Shown one piece after another: positions 8,361 through 15,036 of a stretch of 24,000 nt of DNA. Within the stretch, counting starts at the first letter, position 1, and each line of letters opens with the position of its first letter. Position numbers and translations under genes: made by a program. Where the stretch lies: positions 132,561-156,560 of the forward strand of contig NZ_JAKRGI010000002.1 of the NCBI RefSeq assembly GCF_022347625.1. The letters run 5' to 3'. The notes beneath the pieces were generated by a model that was given only the letters and a program-made list of their open reading frames with translations, was not told the origin of the DNA and ran no database searches. Origin of the DNA: Vibrio sp. Of14-4. GTDB lineage: Bacteria > Pseudomonadota > Gammaproteobacteria > Enterobacterales > Vibrionaceae.

Positions 8361-9308
8361 ATGGATAAACAGTTGAAAGAGAGAAAGCTTCAGTTTCACT
8401 ATTATTTTAATAATGAATCTCATTCTATGGATGCCATAGTTCGCAACCAATGTGAGACAGAGATCATTTCAATACTGTATGAAATAGCCAATATTCTTGA
8501 TGTGTCAGTGACAATAGAGAGCGAAGCTCGCCAAGAAGGTGGACTGCGTGATATTTGGAGGTTAGCCAATTCAAATGCCGGCATTCTATCTGTCATCGTT
8601 GGTGTTGCTTCGATCGCGATACCTTTGCTTCCCAAATCAGATTCAGAGTTAGAACGGCTACAAAAAGAAGAATTACGCCTAAGTATTGAAGAGAAGAGAC
8701 TTAGAATACAGACATTAAAACAGCAGGCGAACAAGGATAAAATCGAACCTAAAACCATCAAACAAGTGGCAGAAGTGGTCAACGAAAGTCATAAAGTGAT
8801 CACACGCCGCTCAAACCTATTTAAACATCTTTGTGCCTATTCAAAAGTCACCCAGGTTGGAGTTAGCGAACTAGATTGCCATGGTACGCCTTTGATCCCA
8901 GAGTCATTGATCAAACGATCCAAATTCAAAAGATTTGTTTTGCCCTCCCATCGATTACCAATACAAACCTTTGATGATGCCACCATTGAAATCATTGCAC
9001 CTGTACTCGGAGAGGGTAAATATAAATGGAAAGGAATATGGCAAGGTCAACATATCAACTTTGCCATGTGTGATAAAGACTTTAAACAAAGGGTTCTAAG
9101 CCAGAAAATGAGTTTTCAAAGCGGCTCTACTATACGCTGCATACTAAAGCTGAATTCGAAGTTAGATCAGCTAGGAGATATTGTTATTACTGGTTACTCA
9201 GTCACTAGCGTACTCTCATTCGGAGTCGATGAGACGCCGAAAGGCAAGATACACCGCCAGCAGAAAAAATTCGAACAAGCGCAGCTCGAGTTGTTTGAAA
9301 ACGCATAG
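8361..9308 (+). CDS. Hypothetical protein: N-terminal domain, one hydrophobic segment, coiled-coil, C-terminal beta-rich domain
   Basis: Long ORF. The ATG at 8361 (MDKQLKERK...) is preferred to the track's TTG at 8328. One hydrophobic stretch (GILSVIVGVASIAIPLL) is followed by a heptad-like charged region (ELERLQKEELRLSIEEKRLRIQTLKQQ). I recognise no family or motif. The SD is weak. Confidence 0.55.
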   Translation: MDKQLKERKLQFHYYFNNESHSMDAIVRNQCETEIISILYEIANILDVSVTIESEARQEGGLRDIWRLANSNAGILSVIVGVASIAIPLLPKSDSELERLQKEELRLSIEEKRLRIQTLKQQANKDKIEPKTIKQVAEVVNESHKVITRRSNLFKHLCAYSKVTQVGVSELDCHGTPLIPESLIKRSKFKRFVLPSHRLPIQTFDDATIEIIAPVLGEGKYKWKGIWQGQHINFAMCDKDFKQRVLSQKMSFQSGSTIRCILKLNSKLDQLGDIVITGYSVTSVLSFGVDETPKGKIHRQQKKFEQAQLELFENA

Positions 9309-9320
9309 CCCAAGTACAAT

Positions 9321-9698
9321 CTAAGCTGATAAACCCATGGGAATGGTGACACGAATACGATGCTCATCTGGGTCCAACGCAACAAAACTAACCCCGTACG
9401 ACAGTTCTTTAGGCTCTTGAGCAAAATCAACCGATTGATTTTTCCAGCTTTGGTATAGAGACTCGAGCTTTGTTTGGTCTTCAACCAATATGGACAACTC
9501 GGTTCCACCACCTGTTATACAACTTGTTGGTACTAAATTTGAGTTCTGTTTTAGTAACAATGTTGTATCGTTTGCAAACTTAATTTCCATACAGGTCGGT
9601 GAGAGGGCTCTCGACTCACAACCAAGCACCTTGGTATAAAAACCTTGGCTAACGTGAATGTCCTCTACATAAAGAACATAGGCATCAATAGTTAACAT
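9321..9698 (-). CDS. VOC (glyoxalase / bleomycin-resistance / dioxygenase fold) family protein
   Basis: 125 aa. The N-terminus ...YVLYVEDIHVSQGFYTKVLG is the usual first beta-alpha-beta unit of the VOC fold. The C-terminus ...GVSFVALDPDEHRIRV is the typical last strand motif (F-x-D-P-D-G/E-H-x-I). GAGGAA SD 6 nt upstream. Confidence 0.8.
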   Translation of the reverse strand: MLTIDAYVLYVEDIHVSQGFYTKVLGCESRALSPTCMEIKFANDTTLLLKQNSNLVPTSCITGGGTELSILVEDQTKLESLYQSWKNQSVDFAQEPKELSYGVSFVALDPDEHRIRVTIPMGLSA

Positions 9699-9869
9699 AT
9701 TATTTCCTCAACAGATAAAGTAAGTGAACAGTGGAATGACTATAATCCACCTAACTGTCAGAACCTGTCAGGAGACTTGAGTAAAGTTGGAGATATAATC
9801 GACATTAGAAATGCGTTGGACATCCATTCAGAAGTAGAAATGGTGCTAGCGCTTGACTGGGCAATAAAG

Positions 9870-10871
9870 CTACTCAATCGAGTTTTCGTCTTTAAGACTC
9901 CATTTGTGATAAATTTCTTTAATCTCACTTTCTAAGCCTAAAAAGGTATCCACCATATGTGGGTCAAAATGTGAGCCAGCGTTATTTTGTATTTCACTTA
10001 ACGCGTCTTCAATTGACCACGCCTCTTTATAAGGGCGTTCCATAGTCAAAGCATCAAATACATCACAGATAGCGACGATCCTAGCGCCTTGTGGTATTTC
10101 CTCCCCAGCTAAGCCTTCTGGGTATCCTGTTCCATCCCAGCGTTCATGATGAGATTTGGCTACCTCAGCACCCAACTGGAATACAGGGTTAGAAGACATA
10201 GATAATATTTCATGACCAATTTCAGAGTGCTTTTTCATCACTACCCATTCATCCTCAGCTAAAGGTCTTGGCGCTTTAAGTATCGCATCAGGTATGCCAA
10301 TTTTCCCCGTGTCATGCAAAGGGGCTGCAAGTTCTAATAAGTTATAATTTTCATAATCCCAACCCACAGCTTTGGCTAATAACTTACAGTACTCGGCCAT
10401 GCGCCAAATGTGACTACCTGTGTCAGTATCATTATAATGGCCAGCAACACCCAGCATTCGAATCGCCGATAGAGCCAAAGAATCAACTTCAGCTAAACGA
10501 GTTAGAGATAGGTGAGTGGCAACACGACGAAGAACAATAGCCGGTGAGAAAGGTTTGGTTATATAATCAACGGCGCCTAGATCAAAACCCTTGGATTGAT
10601 CATCTGTGTCATCTTTAGCTGAGATAAAAATAACCGGAATATGAGCCGTTTCTGGCTCACACTTAAGCCTTCGACAGACTTCAAATCCATCCATCTCTGG
10701 CATCATAATGTCGAGTAAAATAATATTAGGCTGAGGCGATGTGTTTGCGAGCTTCAGCGCTTTCTCACCACTTGTGGCTGCCCTTACTGAGTAATTGCCT
10801 TTCTCCAATACACTTTTCAGAATTCGGATATTGTCTGGAACATCGTCAACCACTAAGATTGTTTTATCCAT
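9870..10871 (-). CDS. Response regulator with HD-GYP c-di-GMP phosphodiesterase output domain (RpfG type)
   Basis: REC domain (ILVVDDVPDN..., LLDIMMPEMDGFEV, phospho-acceptor Asp present, ITKPF). HD-GYP domain with intact motifs (APLHDTGKIGIP, KKHSEIGHEIL, SHHERWDGTGYPEGL, ICDVFDALTMERPYK). The ATG at 10871 (MDKTILVVDD) with a GAGG-type SD is preferred to the track's TTG at 10889. The gene starts 21 nt after the kinase stop. Confidence 0.9.
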   Translation of the reverse strand: MDKTILVVDDVPDNIRILKSVLEKGNYSVRAATSGEKALKLANTSPQPNIILLDIMMPEMDGFEVCRRLKCEPETAHIPVIFISAKDDTDDQSKGFDLGAVDYITKPFSPAIVLRRVATHLSLTRLAEVDSLALSAIRMLGVAGHYNDTDTGSHIWRMAEYCKLLAKAVGWDYENYNLLELAAPLHDTGKIGIPDAILKAPRPLAEDEWVVMKKHSEIGHEILSMSSNPVFQLGAEVAKSHHERWDGTGYPEGLAGEEIPQGARIVAICDVFDALTMERPYKEAWSIEDALSEIQNNAGSHFDPHMVDTFLGLESEIKEIYHKWSLKDENSIE

Positions 10872-10892
10872 TCTAGCCTCTAACCTCAACTC

Positions 10893-13613
10893 TTATATGC
10901 TAGATAGTATTTTATCTAGACATTCTAGCGCTTCGTCACTGTCGTATATTTCAATTGCTTCATTCAAGCGCTCTATCTCACCTGCTGCAACTTGTCCTTG
11001 TAACATGGCAACTAAGCTTGCAATGCTTTCCTCTTCAAATTCGCCTAACTCTAGCTGTTCCCTGATTTCCTCGCTCAGAGCTTTCACTTGTTCAAGGTCA
11101 AATTCCTGAGACACAATGGGGGAAGCATCAGTTTGAGTGTCAATAAGCGCAATAGATTCGAGGACCTGCTGCAAGGCGGATGAAAGTTCATTCCATTCCT
11201 CTGGCAGAATGTCTTTAGCCTGCTGTTTAAACGCTTGCTCAAAGGTAAAAGCAACCTGTGATAGGCGGTGCGCCCCTAGCGATGCTGAGGCCCCTTTCAA
11301 GGTATGTGCAGTAATCTCACCCTGCGCATAATCTTTGTCTTGCCACGATGCTTTTAAATCAGAGAAAGTCGTTTGATTATTTTTCGAAAAGCTAGTGAGG
11401 AGTTTGGTATACAAAGCTCTATCCTCATTGACTCTAGATAGACCTTCTTCAGTATTGATACCGCACAGTTCTGGTAGTGCTGACTCTTTGTCAATCTCAT
11501 CACTCTGTTGAGTCGGTGAACATTCAAAATTCTCATCTTTAAAGCTGGGATCAATCCACTTGAGCAACTTACTATATAACTCACTGGTATCTATCGGTTT
11601 AGCGATATGATCATTCATGCCCGCTTCGGCACACCGTTCTCTATCCTGCTGCATCGCATTAGCTGTCATTGCAATAATGGGGATGTCTTGGTGAGTCGGT
11701 TGTTCTCTCAGCACACTTGCTGCTTCTAGACCATCCATCACCGGCATCTGTAAGTCCATTAGAATCAGCGCATACTCACCATCAAGAGCCTTGTCTACCC
11801 CTTCTTTACCGTTGTTCGCCACTTCCACATTCAGGCCAACACTTTCCAATAACTCTACAGCAATAATTTGGTTGACTTCATTGTCTTCAACCAAAAGTAC
11901 CGGTGCCCCACGAACCGACGCAAAGCTTTCGAATAAGAGTTCGGTTTCATTTTTTTGCCCTGCACTATCAACAACCACTGCTTTACCCATGACTTCCATG
12001 ACAGTGTCCAACAAAGCCGATGCGCTAACAGGCTTAACCAGAAAACCATCGATCTTAGCCTCTGCAGCCTGAAGAACCACTTCCTCTCTGCCGTATGCTG
12101 TCATTAAAATGATTTTTGGAGAACAGTCGAGCGTTTTAATGATTTCCGATGCCTTAATGCCGTTCATTTCAGGCATTTGCCAATCCATTAAAACAAGTTC
12201 ATAGGGTCGATCCTCCGCCATGGCTTTTTTAACTTTATCAATCGCATCAAAGCCATCTATCGCAGTGGATATATCAAGAGCATAGGAGTGGAGAAGTTCC
12301 TTGTTGATATCACGAGCACTCTTGTTATCGTCCACAATCAAAGCTTTCATTCCTTTGAGCTTTTTCCAGTTGTAAATACGCTCTTGCTGATTTTCTATCT
12401 CATTATCAAGCACTCCGAATTCAGCAGTAAAAATGAAGCTACTTCCTTGCTGATAAACACTCTCTACCCAGATATCACCATTCATCAAGTGAACCAGGTT
12501 TTGACAAATACTAAGCCCTAAGCCCGTTCCGCCATATTTTCGAGTGGTTGAGGTGTCTGCCTGACTAAATGCACTGAACAGCTTTTGTATTTGTTCGGGT
12601 TTCAAGCCAATGCCCGTATCTTTGACCTCAAACTTTAACTTCACTCTGTCATTTGATTGTTCACAGTGAGTGATCTTAACGATAATTTCGCCTTGTTCAG
12701 TGAACTTAATTGCGTTGTTGCATAGATTGGTGAGTATCTGGCCAAGGCGTAAAGGATCTCCAACAAGTGAGTTGGGCAGTTCAGGTGGGGTTGAGAAAAT
12801 CACCTCGATGCCTTTTTCCTGTGCTTTTAACGTAATGATGGTGCACAGGTCGTCAAAAACTTTATCAAGCTGGAACGGAATATTTTCCATTTCCATTTTA
12901 CCAGCCTCAATCTTTGAAATATCGAGAATATCGTTGATGATACCCAGTAGAGCGCGCCCCGCTGAGTTTATCTTACCAATATAGTCATACTGCTTTGCGG
13001 TTAATTGCGTTTTGAGAACCAGCTCACTCAAGCCAATAATGGCATTCATCGGGGTGCGTATCTCGTGACTCATATTGGCCAGAAAATCGCCTTTTGCCAC
13101 ATCGGCCTCTTTGGTTCTTTCCAGCGATATTTGTAGCTCACGCATCAACTCTTGTTGCGAAAGCTGATTGAGTTTATGGCGTTGAAACTCAGTATTCTCT
13201 TGTGGGTTAAAGGAAAGATAAGGAAAGCGCTTAAAGGCCATCACGGTGTGAGAATGATTACTCGCAGTCTCGATACTGAAAGAATCAAAGATGTAGTCAT
13301 AATTCATAGATGGAAGCGCCCCAATAGCGCTATGAAACTCGAGTTTTATCCCCCAATTATCAGTAATCCGTGAAAAAGAAAGTGACGCATTGAAGCTATC
13401 GCATGTCGATAGCATTTTGTGACAAACTTCAGAGACCGCTGTGGCCACACGAACGGCGTTGACTCTAGAAAAATGACAATCAAGAGCAAGCCTTTTGACT
13501 TTATTTCTGAAGTCAACAACCGATGGGCTGTCTTCTATGCTACAGTCGGCAAGCTTGATATTGTCTTCGTCAGACGCTTGCTCCATTTCTTTTAGGACCG
13601 TTTCGAGATTCAT
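10893..13613 (-). CDS. Cytoplasmic hybrid sensor histidine kinase: novel N-terminal domain, HisKA, HATPase_c, REC, REC, Hpt
   Basis: H-box FLANMSHEIRTPMNAIIG. N-box LTNLCNNAIKFT. G-boxes VKDTGIGL and GGTGLGLSI. Two receiver domains (LVLMDWQMPEMNG, LILMDLQMPVMDG, each with ...KP). C-terminal Hpt (ITAHTLKGASASLGA). No hydrophobic TM segments. The ATG at 13613 is preferred; the track's TTG at 13634 abuts the rsbX stop codon (13631-13633). Confidence 0.9.
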   Translation of the reverse strand: MNLETVLKEMEQASDEDNIKLADCSIEDSPSVVDFRNKVKRLALDCHFSRVNAVRVATAVSEVCHKMLSTCDSFNASLSFSRITDNWGIKLEFHSAIGALPSMNYDYIFDSFSIETASNHSHTVMAFKRFPYLSFNPQENTEFQRHKLNQLSQQELMRELQISLERTKEADVAKGDFLANMSHEIRTPMNAIIGLSELVLKTQLTAKQYDYIGKINSAGRALLGIINDILDISKIEAGKMEMENIPFQLDKVFDDLCTIITLKAQEKGIEVIFSTPPELPNSLVGDPLRLGQILTNLCNNAIKFTEQGEIIVKITHCEQSNDRVKLKFEVKDTGIGLKPEQIQKLFSAFSQADTSTTRKYGGTGLGLSICQNLVHLMNGDIWVESVYQQGSSFIFTAEFGVLDNEIENQQERIYNWKKLKGMKALIVDDNKSARDINKELLHSYALDISTAIDGFDAIDKVKKAMAEDRPYELVLMDWQMPEMNGIKASEIIKTLDCSPKIILMTAYGREEVVLQAAEAKIDGFLVKPVSASALLDTVMEVMGKAVVVDSAGQKNETELLFESFASVRGAPVLLVEDNEVNQIIAVELLESVGLNVEVANNGKEGVDKALDGEYALILMDLQMPVMDGLEAASVLREQPTHQDIPIIAMTANAMQQDRERCAEAGMNDHIAKPIDTSELYSKLLKWIDPSFKDENFECSPTQQSDEIDKESALPELCGINTEEGLSRVNEDRALYTKLLTSFSKNNQTTFSDLKASWQDKDYAQGEITAHTLKGASASLGAHRLSQVAFTFEQAFKQQAKDILPEEWNELSSALQQVLESIALIDTQTDASPIVSQEFDLEQVKALSEEIREQLELGEFEEESIASLVAMLQGQVAAGEIERLNEAIEIYDSDEALECLDKILSSI

Positions 13614-13630
13614 AATGCATTTCCGAGCTC

Positions 13631-14209
13631 TCAATTAACTCGGATTACTAGACACGTGGCATCATCAGACGCTTTCGCGAACTTCCGAGTGATATTCTGG
13701 GCAATAGTTTCAGCATTATCAGTATAGATGTTTGGATAATCTTTTGGATCAAAATTACTCATAATTCCATCAGAATAAAGTATTAATATTTCTCCAGGCA
13801 CCATCTGCACCCTATTTTTTTTCGGCGTCCGAATCTGATAGCCGAGTACACCTTGTTGACAGATAAATCTTTGTACTTCTTTACCGACCTTACACATGAA
13901 GATGTTACCAATACCGACATACTCTAGGCACAGCGACTCCACATCCAGATTGGCAATAATGGCAACGCCGCCATTTGTGCTTCGTAAGTTGTTATGTAAC
14001 TGCTCCATTAATTCTGCAAGATCTGTCTGATAGAACTGTTTCAAAAAGCGACGAGTCGTACTAGCGATACTGTGCGCGCTTTTACCATGTCCAGCACCAT
14101 CAAATAAACTAATAAAATAATCACTGCCATTTTGCTGATAAAAAGCGTCGTCACCATTCACCTCTTCGAGCGGCTTTTCACCAATCGCGATCTCGATTCT
14201 TTCTGTCAT
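13631..14209 (-). CDS. rsbX: RsbX-like PP2C (SpoIIE-family) serine phosphatase
   Basis: ~192-196 aa, the same size class as B. subtilis RsbX. PP2C-type motifs GDDAF, LFDGAGHG, LYSDGI and DDATCLVIRV. The ATG at 14209 forms an ATGA overlap with the rsbT stop. An alternative ATG lies at 14221. Position directly after rsbT matches the canonical rsbR-S-T-X order. Confidence 0.8.
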   Translation of the reverse strand: MTERIEIAIGEKPLEEVNGDDAFYQQNGSDYFISLFDGAGHGKSAHSIASTTRRFLKQFYQTDLAELMEQLHNNLRSTNGGVAIIANLDVESLCLEYVGIGNIFMCKVGKEVQRFICQQGVLGYQIRTPKKNRVQMVPGEILILYSDGIMSNFDPKDYPNIYTDNAETIAQNITRKFAKASDDATCLVIRVN

Positions 14210-14610
14210 TGCTTTAGCCATTTCCTTACCGTGACAGCAGTGCCAACACCTAGTTCTGTATCTATATGAAACGAATCCATCAGTCGTTTAGTACCAGGTA
14301 AACCCACCCCCATGGTCCCACCTGTACTGTAGTTATCACTCAGAGCTTTTTCGAGGTCTCGTATACCTCCACCGTTGTCTTTAGCGATGATTTCGACCCC
14401 TATTTTTTCTCCTTCTTGGACAGATTTAAGGTACAAAAACCCCCGTCCTGCATGATTAAGGATGTTTCGGGTTAATTCACTGACCGCTATTGAAATCATA
14501 TATTGGTCCACAGTAGAAAAGCCGAGCTGCTGCGCAAAAAGTTTCGCATCTAAACTGGCATAACCGACATCTGAGTCAGTCACAATGTCTAGTTTGGCGT
14601 TTTCTTTCAC
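14206..14610 (-). CDS. rsbT: RsbT-like serine protein kinase / switch protein (GHKL HATPase_c_2 type)
   Basis: N-box AVSELTRNILNHA, G1 box AKDNGGGI, G2 GGTMGVGLPG. The GTG at 14610 (G-rich SD GGGGGG 4 nt upstream) gives 134 aa versus 133 aa for B. subtilis RsbT. The track's TTG at 14637 remains possible. Confidence 0.85.
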   Translation of the reverse strand: MKENAKLDIVTDSDVGYASLDAKLFAQQLGFSTVDQYMISIAVSELTRNILNHAGRGFLYLKSVQEGEKIGVEIIAKDNGGGIRDLEKALSDNYSTGGTMGVGLPGTKRLMDSFHIDTELGVGTAVTVRKWLKQ

Positions 14611-14664
14611 CCAGCCCCCCAAGAGTAGTAGGTTCAAGCACTTGGACTTTTTCCATCATCTTCA

Positions 14665-15036
14665 TTAATGAGAGCGCAAATATTCCAGTGCTTCTTCCAT
14701 ATTTCGTTTGGTCGTCAAACCTCCAATGTCCATATTGGAATCAATCATAGATGCTATGACCCCAGGGCTTAACCCCGTTATGGCAGCACGAGAGCCCATA
14801 ACTTTAACCATATTGACTAGCTTAATAAATACATTCCACAATGAACTGTCGACAATATCAACACCCGAAAAGTCTATGACAACACCTTTAACGTGTCGTG
14901 CTCCTAGCTTGTCCAACAGCACCTCTTGTACTCGCTTTGCATCATCAATCGACAGCTCTTCTTGTATTGGTACAATCAAGCAGCGACTCATATCATGAAC
15001 CACCACTTTAATCATATCTGCTGGAGTATTACTCAT
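14665..15036 (-). CDS. rsbS: RsbS-like single-domain STAS protein (stressosome scaffold / RsbT antagonist)
   Basis: ~123 aa STAS domain. It has the conserved phosphorylatable-serine context VIDFSGVDIVDSS (compare B. subtilis RsbS Ser59 in ...G...VDS). The ATG at 15036 overlaps the rsbR stop by 8 nt (ATGAGTAA). The track's start at 15054 adds 6 codons. Confidence 0.85.
   Translation of the reverse strand: MSNTPADMIKVVVHDMSRCLIVPIQEELSIDDAKRVQEVLLDKLGARHVKGVVIDFSGVDIVDSSLWNVFIKLVNMVKVMGSRAAITGLSPGVIASMIDSNMDIGGLTTKRNMEEALEYLRSH

Noticed and set aside
9755-9771. Direct repeat CTGTCAG-aac-CTGTCAG (10-bp phasing) upstream of the VOC gene.
   Set aside because: The two 7-mers are too short to distinguish from chance. 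No matching regulator gene is adjacent, and the -35/-10 spacing around them does not fit a standard promoter.
8185-9869. Considered whether the orphan gene and the VOC (glyoxalase/bleomycin-resistance-like) gene are integron cassettes or part of a mobile element.
   Set aside because: No attC-like imperfect inverted repeats (RYYYAAC...GTTRRRY) flank either gene. The genes are convergent rather than co-oriented. No integrase, transposase or terminal inverted repeats are present.
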